From contig CAZTCI010000004.1 in the NCBI GenBank assembly GCA_964612665.1, forward strand, positions 270,376-334,375: a DNA stretch of 64,000 bases, read 5' to 3'. A model generated the notes under the pieces. That model was not told where the DNA came from. It did not search any database and saw nothing but the letters and a program-made list of their open reading frames with translations. Shown here in pieces: positions 26,771-37,362 of this stretch; the first letter of the stretch is position 1; the number at the start of each line of letters is the position of its first letter. Made by a program: the position numbers and the translations under genes. Source of the stretch: an uncultured Planctomycetales bacterium. GTDB lineage: Bacteria; Omnitrophota; Gorgyraeia; Zapsychrales; JAHFFX01.

Positions 26771-28452
26771 TAGACATTGAGTGAAGGCCGGCCAGAGATA
26801 GGTTTGACATTAAATTGGTCAAAGATGGCCTGGATTTCATCGTATTCCAATTCTTCTTTTCTAAGAAGTTCTTGAGAAAAGTATTCTAGTAAGTCTTTAT
26901 GCTGTATCAAAATATCAGTTACTTCTTTCAAACAGGTTTGTAAAATATCTTGAACATCTTGATCCAAAATTTCTCGTGTCTTCATTGACACTAAATGTCC
27001 GTCGTTTTCATTATTTAATGAGCCATAATCCCCAAGTAGTCCGGATTTTCCCATGCCGTAACTCCATACCATTCCTTGAGCAATGCTCAAAGCCGTCGAG
27101 AAATCACTACCCGGTCCGCCGCCAACGCCGCTGGTCGTCGACCCGAATTTAATTCTTTCCGCCGCATAACTGGCGACTGAAATTTTAATTTGCGCCAGAA
27201 AGAATTCTTTATTACGAGAATAAAATTCTTCCTGCGGCCGGTGTGACACAAAACCCAACATACCTTTGCGGGGAACAATCGTTGCTTTTACAACGTCATC
27301 TTTAGGATGAATCAAATAAGCCAAAATCGCGTGGCCAGCTTCATGATAGGCCGTCCAGGTTTTGTCTTCCTGCGTCATGATGATGTTGGATTTATCTCCA
27401 AAGGTCACGCGGTCGTAGGCTTCAGAAAGATCTTTCATACTAATGACGGCGCGTTTGTCTCGAAGAGCAATCAATCCAGCTTCTCTAACCATGGCATCAA
27501 TTTCAGAAGGAGTAAACCAAAGTGATCGACGAGCAAGAATATTGGATTTGACATTAAGATCAGTTTTTACGCGGCCTAAGTAAAAATCAAAAAGTTCTTT
27601 GCGTTCTTTGAGATTGGGACGGGTGATATAAATTTTTCGGTCGAAACGTCCGGCGCGGGTGATAGCTTGATCAAGTAAATATTCGGAAACGTTCGTTGCG
27701 GCGAGCACGACAATATTATTTTCATGTTGTCTTAAGCCATCCATCTCCGTCAGGAATTGATTGATTGTGGCGTTATGACTAATGCCGCCGCCAAATCCAG
27801 TGTCCGCCATACGCGGCCGCGCGAACGAATCAATTTCATCAATAAAAATAATGCAGCCGCCTTCCATTTTCGCAAGTGCCCTGGCTTGGCGGAAAAGCGA
27901 CTTCATTTGAGAAGCGCCTTGCCCGACAAAAATCCCGACGAAGTCGCTACCCACCGCTGATAATAAAGGAAGCCCGCATTCGGTGGCGATCGCTTTGGCC
28001 AAATAAGTTTTCCCGCAGCCCGGCGGGCCGATCATCAAAGTTCCTTTGATAATTTTGCCGCCGATTGTTTTTAGAAGATGCCGGTCTTTAAGAAGTTTTA
28101 CAATTTCCCAAGCTTCTTTCTTGGCGCTTTCCATGCCAATGACTTCATCCCATTTAACATTGGTCTTCGCTTTGGTCATTTTTTCGTTGCCGAACCGACC
28201 GAAGCTTCCATACATCAAATAATATTGAGTAATAAAAATAAAAGGAAGAGATAGGAGTTGAACTAATAGAAACATTGGCAGCAGAAGTGCCATCTGCCCG
28301 GAGACTTGTTTGCGGGTATAGGCTTCGAGGTTGTAATAATTATCAACGCAGTAATAAACAAAAAAAGCACTGCCGATAACAGCAATGGTAAGGACAACAA
28401 TGGTAAGAATTTTGACCCAATGAACGCGCAAAAAAATAAAGAATTTTTTCAT
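26770..28452 (-). CDS. ftsH: ATP-dependent zinc metalloprotease FtsH
   Basis: Two N-terminal TMs. AAA Walker A GPPGCGKT and the SRH region. Zinc motif HEAGHA. Confidence 0.85.
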   Translation of the reverse strand: MKKFFIFLRVHWVKILTIVVLTIAVIGSAFFVYYCVDNYYNLEAYTRKQVSGQMALLLPMFLLVQLLSLPFIFITQYYLMYGSFGRFGNEKMTKAKTNVKWDEVIGMESAKKEAWEIVKLLKDRHLLKTIGGKIIKGTLMIGPPGCGKTYLAKAIATECGLPLLSAVGSDFVGIFVGQGASQMKSLFRQARALAKMEGGCIIFIDEIDSFARPRMADTGFGGGISHNATINQFLTEMDGLRQHENNIVVLAATNVSEYLLDQAITRAGRFDRKIYITRPNLKERKELFDFYLGRVKTDLNVKSNILARRSLWFTPSEIDAMVREAGLIALRDKRAVISMKDLSEAYDRVTFGDKSNIIMTQEDKTWTAYHEAGHAILAYLIHPKDDVVKATIVPRKGMLGFVSHRPQEEFYSRNKEFFLAQIKISVASYAAERIKFGSTTSGVGGGPGSDFSTALSIAQGMVWSYGMGKSGLLGDYGSLNNENDGHLVSMKTREILDQDVQDILQTCLKEVTDILIQHKDLLEYFSQELLRKEELEYDEIQAIFDQFNVKPISGRPSLNV

Positions 28453-28649
28453 AAAGGAATGATTTAGTTGTCTGTTTCTAGTCGAGAAATGATGTTAAAG
28501 TGTTGGCGGAAGCGGCGAAGAATAATGCTTAAAGGCTAGCATAATCATTTTTAGAAGTAAACTATAATTTAAGTGTCTTGAAAAACTCTTGGAACGCGAA
28601 TGCCCGCAAATTACACGCGAATTTTCGCGTTAAGTATAATTAATTCAAG

Positions 28650-29111
28650 CTACTCAGTACAATTCGGCGTCTGGTTCTTTTTGTAAACCAGCTGTGTCGT
28701 CACCGTTAAAGATTTATATTCTTTTTTTAAGGCATGGGGAAAAGGAGGAAAAGGCGCGGCTCTTTTGACTGCAAGGATGGTTTGATCAATAAGGGCTTGG
28801 GTGGCTTGAGTGCGTTCATAATCAATGTCAACTTTTTTTAACCGGCCATTCGATTTTACTTCGAGGGTGACTAAGACAGTACCGGTTTGATCAGCGTGGG
28901 AATATCTAAGCGCACTTTTATTGATTTTATTACGGATTGTTTTTAAATAGTCTTGATAGTCCGCGCTTCCTTTATCGACGGTGGGTTCGGGACCGCAGTT
29001 CTGCACAGGCAAAATAGGAGTTAGGACTTTTCGAACAAAATTGCAGCCGCCCATTACAAAGCAAAGGACAATAATCAATAAAGTTCGCCATCTCATTTTT
29101 ATTTTTTCCAT
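28650..29111 (-). CDS. Small membrane-anchored protein with a TonB/TolA C-terminal-like domain
   Basis: N-terminal TM/signal segment. C-terminal GTVLVTLEVKSNGRLKKVDIDYE...ILAVKRAAPFPPFP resembles the TonB_C fold pattern. Confidence 0.4.
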   Translation of the reverse strand: MEKIKMRWRTLLIIVLCFVMGGCNFVRKVLTPILPVQNCGPEPTVDKGSADYQDYLKTIRNKINKSALRYSHADQTGTVLVTLEVKSNGRLKKVDIDYERTQATQALIDQTILAVKRAAPFPPFPHALKKEYKSLTVTTQLVYKKNQTPNCTE

Positions 29112-29272
29112 AGAAGCCCTCCCAAGAAGTTTTTTTGATCAATAAATATCCTAGCATACAAACATAATCGGTCAATGGGACAAACCTGGACTGATCTCAA
29201 ATGAACGGTTGACTTTAAAAATCTTCTATGTTATTTTGATGCACCATTGGGACAAACCACACCCAATACTTC

Positions 29273-29304
29273 AATCCCTAAAATCCGGATGGATTTTAGG
29301 GATT
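29273..29304 (+). promoter_or_regulatory. Perfect 14-bp stem / 4-nt loop hairpin (aatccctaaaatcc-ggat-ggattttagggatt) in the eno leader, 47 nt upstream of the ATG
   Basis: Read from sequence. The arms are exact reverse complements. No U-run follows, so it is not a canonical terminator. Possibly an operator, a processing site or a stabilizing hairpin. Confidence 0.6.
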
Positions 29305-29311
29305 TGTTTAG

Positions 29312-30622
<1,311 letters not shown>

Positions 30623-30691
30623 GTGTTAGGTGTTTGGTCTTAGGGGTTAGAAGTGCCTAAAACCTAACACCCAAAACCTAAGACCTAAGAG

Positions 30692-31075
30692 ATGATAAAA
30701 AACGCCCTAGGTTTATTTATTGTCGCGATTATTGTGCTCGTCATTTTCTTGCCGTCTTATACGAAGCTTCAAGATTTGAAACAAAAAAATTTGGATTACC
30801 AGAACCAGATTGAGCAGTTGACGAAGAAAAATGAGGAGCTGCGGGAAGAAAAACGTCGTCTAGAAGAAGACCCTGTATATCTAGAGAAAGTGGCCCGCGA
30901 AAAAATGGGCTTGATTCGGCAGGGGGAAGTGATGTATAAGATAACTCCAGAGGCAACTTCGGGCCCGGCCGTTGTAACATCTCAGCCGGTTAAAGCTCAA
31001 ACAACACCGACCGTAGCGCCGAAAAAAGTCTCAACAGTAACATCAACAAAAAGCTCGACTAAGAAAACGCAATAA
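30692..31075 (+). CDS. ftsB: Cell division protein FtsB/DivIC family
   Basis: N-terminal TM then a coiled-coil (KLQDLKQKNLDYQNQIEQLTKKNEELREE) and PVYLEKVAREKMGL. eno-ftsB synteny as in E. coli. Ser/Thr-rich tail. Confidence 0.6.
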   Translation: MIKNALGLFIVAIIVLVIFLPSYTKLQDLKQKNLDYQNQIEQLTKKNEELREEKRRLEEDPVYLEKVAREKMGLIRQGEVMYKITPEATSGPAVVTSQPVKAQTTPTVAPKKVSTVTSTKSSTKKTQ

Positions 31076-31110
31076 TAGTGCAACAATGATACGGCAACTT
31101 GGAAAGTTTA

Positions 31111-31339
31111 ATGTTTTTCGTTTATCTTTTGTTAAGCCAAAAGGACAAAAAATTTTATATTGGATATAGTGAAGATGTGAGCCGTAGAGTTGAGGATCAT
31201 AACGCAGGTAAAGTAAACTCAACTGCTCATCGAAGACCACTGGATTTAATACGAAGCCTATACTAATCAGCGTGATGCCCAAGGGCGTGAGAAGTTTTTA
31301 AAGAGTGGGTCTGGCATAGATATATTAAGCATCAACTGA
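31111..31339 (+). pseudogene. GIY-YIG (COG2827/UPF0213) small nuclease gene, disrupted by a frameshift
   Basis: MFFVYLLLSQKDKKFYIGYSEDVSRRVEDHNAGKVNSTAHRRPLDLI then a premature stop at 31264. The family C-terminus (..QGREKFLKSGSG..) continues in the +1 frame from 31268 to a TGA at 31337. Confidence 0.45.
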
Positions 31340-31509
31340 AATATTTTTTATCCGAAAATTGCGCGGTTCCCGTAGAGCCCGGTTAATGACATAAAGGCAT
31401 ACTCCCGGGCCACGGGTCTTCCGCGTAAAATGAAATTCTTACTACAAAGTGTACATAAGCGCGGCAAAGCCGCGTGATGAAATTTTTATGAAATAAAAAT
31501 TTCATTTTA

Positions 31510-31583
31510 CGCGGGGTGGAGCAGGCTGGTAGCTCGTCAGGCTCATAACCTGAAGGCCGCAGGTTCAAATCCTGCCCCCGCAA
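31510..31583 (+). tRNA. tRNA-Met (CAT), initiator-like (C1-A72 mismatch; near-identical to E. coli tRNA-fMet)
   Basis: cgcggggtggagcaggctggtagctcgtcaggctcataacctgaaggccgcaggttcaaatcctgcccccgcaa. An inverted-repeat-rich promoter region lies upstream (ccgcgtaaaatgaaat ... atttcattttacgcgg). Confidence 0.85.
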
Positions 31584-31596
31584 CTCTAACAAACGA

Positions 31597-31639
31597 AAGC
31601 CAGTCAGTGAGTTACATCATTGGCTGGCTTTTTTGTTTT
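31597..31639 (+). terminator. Intrinsic terminator after tRNA-Met (agccagtcagtga...tcattggctggc followed by ttttttgtttt)
   Basis: Stem-loop plus U-run. A closely related motif recurs at 38111-38148. Confidence 0.6.
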
Positions 31640-31686
31640 GTACTAAAATGGCTGCATGCTAATGCGGTGCTAATGTTCGCGTCAGA

Positions 31687-32357
31687 TTATTTTAAGTTTT
31701 CCCAAAAAAGTCCATAACGGGAAAGCAATTTTTTTAACCGGTTCGCATCATTGATGTTTGTTCTGCGTTGTCTTGAAGCTGAGTAGAGAATCCGTCCGGC
31801 CTCGGATAGGCTTCTTGATTTGCGGCATATTTTAATCACTTCTGCTAATTCAACCTTTTCTATATGGTCCATTGCCTCAATTGAGGCAGTGCTTAAGATT
31901 TCTTCTAATAAACTTGAGTCGTTACTTTCTTGAGATTTTTTTCATAGATTAAGAAGTCGTTGGATTTCTTGTTCGACGATATCGACGTCAATTCTTCCAC
32001 CGGCGGCTAATGTTGCCATTCGCGTAATGGCAGCATTCAGGTCTCGGAAGTTCGCGGTCCACGCTACTTTTTCTGATTTGGCGAATTTTAAGAATTTTTC
32101 CTTTGCTTCTTTGTTAAAAGTAATATTGAGTCCGTGATCTTTGGCGAATTTGTCTAATTCATATTGTAAATTAGCCTCGATGTCTTCCCATCTTTCTTTA
32201 AGGGCCGGCAAATAAAACGTCCATAAATTTATTCTGGTATACAGGTCCTCTCTAAAATTACCTTTCTGAACTTCTAACCCAAGATCGCGATTAGTTCCCG
32301 CAATCAGTTGAAAATCACTTTTAATTTCTTTATCAGCTTCGATTAGAGCATTTAATC
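31687..32357 (-). pseudogene. Remnant of a sigma54-dependent (NtrC/RtcR-like) transcriptional activator: C-terminal AAA+ half and Fis-type HTH, frame-disrupted and N-terminally truncated
   Basis: Manual translation gives ..IAGTNRDLGLEVQKGNFREDLYTRINLWTFYLPALKERWEDI.. (the sigma54 activator AAA+ signature), bounded upstream by an in-frame TAA. A separate ORF at 31687-31872 carries the HTH tail (SEAGRILYSASRQRRTNINDANRLKKLLSRYGL). No Walker A or N-terminal domain was found. Confidence 0.5.
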
Positions 32358-32568
32358 GCTTCAGATTTCCGTGTTAACACTCCTGCTGACACCTGCCTGC
32401 CGACGGGCAGGAGGTAAGCTTAAGTAGGGCACAAGCGATAATAGCAAATGGGTTTATTCTTCGGAGAGAGACAGCAAAAAGTTAGCTGGTTATTTGAGTC
32501 AGAATTAAGTAGAATAAAAGAAGTTTTTATTTTATTAAAAATTACAATTGCTGAGTAACTTATAAGGA

Positions 32569-32608
32569 ATCCGTTAGGCTTCAAGTTGTGTCGGCTAGCG
32601 GATTTTTA
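32569..32608 (+). repeat. REP-like element, copy 3 / terminator-like hairpin (atccgttag...ctagcggat followed by tttttattttt), containing aggcttcaagttgtg
   Basis: Read from sequence. Shares aggcttcaa and caagttgt with the elements at 7667 and 10741. Confidence 0.4.
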
Positions 32609-32638
32609 TTTTTAGGTTATAAAATGGGGCCGATTTAA

Positions 32639-32965
32639 ATGCACGAAATGGCTTATAAAGTGAAAGCGGATTTTTTGAGAGTTTTGAGTCATCCTGTTCG
32701 TTTGAAATTAATTGAAGAACTTAAAACAGGCGAAAAAAGTGTGGGGCATCTTGTCGCCAAATTAAAGATGGGGCAATCGAATATTTCCCGTCATCTTTTG
32801 GCTTTACGCAATGCCGGAATATTATCGTCCCGCCAGGAAAAGACAGTTGTTTACTACGATATCGCTGACCACGATATTTTTCATGTTTTACGTCCTATCG
32901 CCGTCATGCTTCGCAAAAAGTTTAAAGAATCAGAAAAGGTGTTTAGGACTTTAGGCAAAGACTAA
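32639..32965 (+). CDS. ArsR/SmtB-family transcriptional regulator
   Basis: Winged-helix motif LSHPVRLKLIEELKTGEKSVGHLVAKLKMGQSNISRHLLALRNAGIL. Confidence 0.7.
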   Translation: MHEMAYKVKADFLRVLSHPVRLKLIEELKTGEKSVGHLVAKLKMGQSNISRHLLALRNAGILSSRQEKTVVYYDIADHDIFHVLRPIAVMLRKKFKESEKVFRTLGKD

Positions 32966-33101
32966 TCTTTTCATTCCCGCCACAGGATCCTCTTGTCTCT
33001 ATTTTGATCCCCAATATTTTTAGTGTTTATTCTTGACATGAGAATAATGTATATACTAATATGCAAATATTAGAATATTTAAATAAAATAAAGGAATATC
33101 T

Positions 33102-34445
33102 TTGCGGAATCTATTTTGCAATCCGGGGACCTATTTAGCTCTTTTTCTTTTAACTCCCACCACTTCATTTGCCGAGATTAACCACAAAGAATTTCTCTCC
33201 ACCGACTTCATCCAATCTTTTCAGAAACAAGAATACGAAAAAGCTATACAAGAAAGCGATGCACTTCTTAAAAAGTATCCCAATGATCCTCTTGTCCTGC
33301 GTTATCGGGCGCTTACTTTAGAAAAACTTCATCATCCTGATCAAGCCATAAATCTCTACCATGAAATTTTAGCGGCTCATCCTAACGATGAGCCGACACG
33401 TTTATTCTTAGGGTTGACTTATATAAGGGAAGGGGAAAATCACAAAGCCGCTGAAGAACTGCATCAGGTCGTTGAGCATAGCCACTTGCCAGAATACCGG
33501 CATTGGGCGCAGGAGCAATTAGACCGTTTGCATTCATACGAAATTTCCGTCGGCAAGTCTATCCATAAGAAAGCTTATTTTGTTGGGAAAACAGGAATTA
33601 TTTATGACAGCAATCCTTTGCTTATTCCCGATAATCAAAGTTTGTCGTCGACAGAAAAGAATCCTGCGGCGCTGTATGAATTTGAATTGAGCGCCGGATA
33701 TCCGTTGCGGTTGGAAAAAGATTTTCGTTTGGATGCTTTGTATATCGGCGAAACATATCAGCATAGTCATGGCGCTCAGAGTGTTGATTTCACATCTCAG
33801 GGCTTTGCTTTGGATGCTAAAAAACGAACCTTTGCTGGCAGGCGTCCATTTTTGTTGAGTGGCCGATATGATTTTCGCGCGAACTTTTTAAGAAGTGACC
33901 TGTTTTCGATCGTTAATCGGTTTTATGTCAGCGCGGACACATCTTTCTGGCACAAAACGCTCACCAATTTCTTTGCGCGTTTTGCTGTTTCCAATTACGG
34001 TCCCGATGGCGCTAATCCCGATCAATCCTCGCGTGATGGCATTCGCGAAGGCATTGGTGTAACGCAATATTTTTATACCAAAAATCGTAAAAGCTTTTTC
34101 TTCATCAAGGGCGAAGGTGATTTCAATCAAACCCGCGGAGAGAATTTTAATCGTGAAGGTGCGCTCGCCACTATCGGTCTTCATACACCATTTTTTTATA
34201 AAACTGATTTGGATGTGTCTAGTTCATTTAATTGGGGCGTTTATCCGGACTTTACATCGTTATCGTCATTGGATCCGAGCGAACGGCGTGATAAAGGCTG
34301 GGATGCTTACGTCGGCGTGACGCATCATTGGAAGCCAAGTCTTGCGACACGGGTTTTTTATCGTTTTATCAATTCGGATAATAGCAATAATTTATTGGAC
34401 AGTAGCCGGCATCTGGCTGGTTGGGAAGTCATCTTCTTATTTTAA
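33102..34445 (+). CDS. Outer-membrane protein with N-terminal TPR domain and C-terminal beta-barrel (Slam/DUF560-like or PgaA/BcsC-like architecture)
   Basis: Signal peptide ending SFA. TPR repeats over about 120 aa. C-terminal half has alternating-hydrophobic strands and the canonical beta-signal ...GWEVIFLF (terminal Phe, hydrophobics at -1, -3, -5, -7). Confidence 0.45.
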   Translation: MRNLFCNPGTYLALFLLTPTTSFAEINHKEFLSTDFIQSFQKQEYEKAIQESDALLKKYPNDPLVLRYRALTLEKLHHPDQAINLYHEILAAHPNDEPTRLFLGLTYIREGENHKAAEELHQVVEHSHLPEYRHWAQEQLDRLHSYEISVGKSIHKKAYFVGKTGIIYDSNPLLIPDNQSLSSTEKNPAALYEFELSAGYPLRLEKDFRLDALYIGETYQHSHGAQSVDFTSQGFALDAKKRTFAGRRPFLLSGRYDFRANFLRSDLFSIVNRFYVSADTSFWHKTLTNFFARFAVSNYGPDGANPDQSSRDGIREGIGVTQYFYTKNRKSFFFIKGEGDFNQTRGENFNREGALATIGLHTPFFYKTDLDVSSSFNWGVYPDFTSLSSLDPSERRDKGWDAYVGVTHHWKPSLATRVFYRFINSDNSNNLLDSSRHLAGWEVIFLF

Positions 34446-34446
34446 T

Positions 34447-37275
34447 ATGCCTAACAAAATAAAAAATATAGAAGCGATCATCTTTTGCGGGATTTTATTG
34501 TGTATGTTTCTTTCTGTTTCTTCGGTATCGGCTGAGGACAGGAATGTTGCGGTCGACCAGAAGATAGGCGGCATGGAACAAGGACGGCGGATTCAATCGC
34601 CAGGGAATTACAATAATAAGGGGATAACCTCTGGTGAACCAGGAAGTACAACAACACCGGCGCATGATATCCATACGCTTTCGCAAGAATCCCAAAAAGC
34701 GGAAAGCTCTCAAGGAAGGAATATTTCCAATGGTGGGAATCATGGATTTCTTTATGTTCAGGGGCAAGCGAGCAATTCTGCGGACAATCAAAATGGGACT
34801 AATCAAGCCAGCCGCGAACAAACAAATGGCCTGCCTGCCGGACAGGCAGGTTCAACAAGTGCCAATACAAGCCAATCCCCGACGGGACAAGAAAATAGTT
34901 CTCCCAATGTAGGGAGCAGTCAGTCTGGGACTGGGCAATCCAACGGATCGGCAACTGTTAATACTGGTGAAACGCCGACGGGACAAACTGGCTCAGCGCA
35001 TGTGAGTACGGGTGAAACGTCGAGTGGGCAGACAGGTGGATCGGTCAACGTAAATGCGGGACAAACGGGCGGATCATCTGAAGTCAATGTCCCCTCGACG
35101 GGAACTGAACAAACCAGTGGCTCTGTTGGAACTGGAACAGTCCAAACAACAACCGGGCAGATTACGAATCCTGTCAATACAGGATCTCCTGGTACTACAG
35201 CTCCGACAGAAACATCTCCGACGGGACAAATTGAGACCGGAGAAACTCAAACGGGAAGCGGGAATTCAGGAACGAACACGGAATCGTCGGGAACTTCGAA
35301 TAATCCGATCGTTAGTGTTGATGCCAATGTCAATCCGAATTCGGGAGCAGCTGATACGAGTGTTCATACCGATACCAGCGGCCAGTTGGAAGATCGACAA
35401 ATCATTGATGCTGGTGCGACAACCGGACAAACATCGACTCAAACAGAAACAGGCAGTGCGAGTGGAATTACTGGATCCGAAATGGTTCACCAAACTGATA
35501 TAACGATACAACCAGTTGCCCAAACTACACAACAATTTGGAACAACAACTCCCAACACAACGGAAACAAATGTAGGAGCCGGCAATGGTGGAATTATCGT
35601 CGGAGGAGAAACGTCTCCGACCGGCCAAGTCGGAATAGGAGAAACTCAAACGGGAAGCGGCACTTCGCCGACAACAACAGAATCATCGGAAAGTTCAAGT
35701 AATCCGATTGTAGGCGTTGATGTGAATGCCAATCCGAATACAGGAGAAGTTAGTACCGGCATTCGCACAGATACCAGCGGCCAACTGGAAGATCGACAGA
35801 TTATTGATGCAGGCGTTGCTACCGGGCAAACAGAATCAACAGGAACTCAAACAGGCAGTGCGTCACAAATTACCGGGTCGGAAACGATCCATCAAGCGGA
35901 TGTAACAACACAACCAGTTGCCGACGCTGCCGGTCAAACGGGAGACACGACAACAAATGTTGGAACGGGCAACGGCGGAGTTTTGGTTGGCGGAGAGACA
36001 TCGCCGACGGGACAAGTTGAAGCTGGAGAAACTCAAACAGGAAACGGCCCTTCGCAGACAACCACAGAGTCATCCGGAACTTCAAATAATCCCATTGTGG
36101 CTGTCGATGTAAATGCAAATCCGAATTCGGGAGCAGTTGATACTGGCGTTCATACGGATACGAGTGGTCAGTTGGAAGACAGGCAAATCATCGACGCTGG
36201 TGCAACGGGAGAACATACGGGGTCGACTGGAGTTCAAACCGGCAGTGCATCACAGATAACCGGATCCGAAACGGTTCACCAAACTGATCTAACGACACAA
36301 CCTGTTACCGAAGCCACTGGACAAACAGGAACAGGGGAAGTGACAACGAGTACCGGCAATGGTGGAATTCTCATCGGTGGAGAAACATCACCGACGGGAC
36401 AAGTGGGCACGCAAGAAAATATCGGAGGCAGTTCAAGGACAACGCAAGAATCTTCGTCGGGAACTTCTAACCCAATTGTTGATGTTGAAGCTGGTGTCGA
36501 TCAAAATTCAGGAATGCCTCATGCCGAAGTCACTCTTGACACCAGCGGTGAGCTTGAAGAAAGACAAATTCTTGACGCAGACTTAACAGGAGAAACGACG
36601 GGTTCGACGGGCGCGGAAATAGGCGGCGCGACCGATATTACAGATGCAGATCTCGTTGAAGAAGCAGATATAACAACAGAAGTAGTGGGTGGCACAATAG
36701 GTCAAACTGTCCCAGATCAGATCAGCGGTTCAACAAATGGCGGAACTAGTTCTGGTTCTCAAACGCATACCGAAGAATCTTCCAGTACTTCAAGTAATCC
36801 TATCGTTGATATTGGAACAAATATCAATCCCGAATCCGGCACAGCTGATGTCAACGTCGGTGTAGATACAAGCGGTGAACTTGAAGACAGACAAATTTTA
36901 CAATTGGATTTAGCCGCAGACGGCGTTGGTTCCGGAGTAGAAACAGGCAGCGCCTCAGGTATGACGGGATCAGAGACTGTTCATGATGCCAATGTCACAA
37001 CAACACATGTCGCGACGACAGAACAAACGGTTAGCAGAACTTCAGAAACTCAAACGGGAACGAGTGGGATTTCCTCCGAAACACAAACGAGTGGCACCGT
37101 CGAAAGTATAATTTCGGCTCCCGCGGATTTCGGTGCAGAAATCGACACGACCGGTCAGACGGCCGGTGGAGAAGCCGATGTCGGAATAGCGGCTGAGGTT
37201 GATGGTGTTGGTGAAGGTGCTGATGTTGCGAGCGATCCTGCCGACGGACTTTCTACAGGTGGTCCCGGTCTTTAG
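34447..37275 (+). CDS. Large secreted Ser/Thr/Gly/Gln-rich repetitive protein (about 942 aa) with about 5 tandem 125-130-aa modules
   Basis: Signal peptide MPNKIKNIEAIIFCGILLCMFLSVSSVSA (start at 34447 preferred over the ORF-track 34342, which overlaps the upstream gene). Repeat module: GETSPTGQ..GETQTGSG..SNNPIV.VD.N.NPNSG..DT.VHTDTSGQLEDRQIIDAGAT..QTGSASQITGSETVHQTD.TTQPV. Confidence 0.6.
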   Translation: MPNKIKNIEAIIFCGILLCMFLSVSSVSAEDRNVAVDQKIGGMEQGRRIQSPGNYNNKGITSGEPGSTTTPAHDIHTLSQESQKAESSQGRNISNGGNHGFLYVQGQASNSADNQNGTNQASREQTNGLPAGQAGSTSANTSQSPTGQENSSPNVGSSQSGTGQSNGSATVNTGETPTGQTGSAHVSTGETSSGQTGGSVNVNAGQTGGSSEVNVPSTGTEQTSGSVGTGTVQTTTGQITNPVNTGSPGTTAPTETSPTGQIETGETQTGSGNSGTNTESSGTSNNPIVSVDANVNPNSGAADTSVHTDTSGQLEDRQIIDAGATTGQTSTQTETGSASGITGSEMVHQTDITIQPVAQTTQQFGTTTPNTTETNVGAGNGGIIVGGETSPTGQVGIGETQTGSGTSPTTTESSESSSNPIVGVDVNANPNTGEVSTGIRTDTSGQLEDRQIIDAGVATGQTESTGTQTGSASQITGSETIHQADVTTQPVADAAGQTGDTTTNVGTGNGGVLVGGETSPTGQVEAGETQTGNGPSQTTTESSGTSNNPIVAVDVNANPNSGAVDTGVHTDTSGQLEDRQIIDAGATGEHTGSTGVQTGSASQITGSETVHQTDLTTQPVTEATGQTGTGEVTTSTGNGGILIGGETSPTGQVGTQENIGGSSRTTQESSSGTSNPIVDVEAGVDQNSGMPHAEVTLDTSGELEERQILDADLTGETTGSTGAEIGGATDITDADLVEEADITTEVVGGTIGQTVPDQISGSTNGGTSSGSQTHTEESSSTSSNPIVDIGTNINPESGTADVNVGVDTSGELEDRQILQLDLAADGVGSGVETGSASGMTGSETVHDANVTTTHVATTEQTVSRTSETQTGTSGISSETQTSGTVESIISAPADFGAEIDTTGQTAGGEADVGIAAEVDGVGEGADVASDPADGLSTGGPGL
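35200..36950 (+). repeat. Coding tandem repeat array (period about 330-390 bp, about 5 units) inside the Ser/Thr-rich protein gene
   Basis: DTSGQLEDRQIIDAG-encoding segments recur at about 35371, 35772, 36153, 36539 and 36867. Confidence 0.7.
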
Positions 37276-37362
37276 GAAATATCACCAATAGAATAAATTT
37301 TCGTGCTAGCACTGTGCTAGCAAAATAAGCCGCAACTAGGGTAAAAACGGTAAACCACCAAC

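Noticed and set aside
30623-30691. Possible novel repeat between eno and ftsB (cctaa/ttagg-rich)
   Set aside because: Consistent with an ordinary imperfect terminator hairpin (ggtgttaggt...acctaacacc). Only weak similarity to 25741-25775. Not pursued as a family.
31383-31592. 69-aa minus-strand ORF over tRNA-Met
   Set aside because: It is antisense to a tRNA gene, and its start is a TTG.
34920-35649. Overlapping ORFs 34920-35177(-), 35054-35503(+), 35266-35649(-), 35870-36118(-), 35918-36112(+), 36359-36586(+)
   Set aside because: Off-frame or antisense artefacts of low-complexity repetitive DNA inside the 34447-37275 gene.
35200-36950. Possible CRISPR-like or array-like periodicity
   Set aside because: The repeats are about 330-390 bp coding modules of a Ser/Thr-rich protein, in frame. 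They are not short direct repeats with unique spacers. No cas genes.
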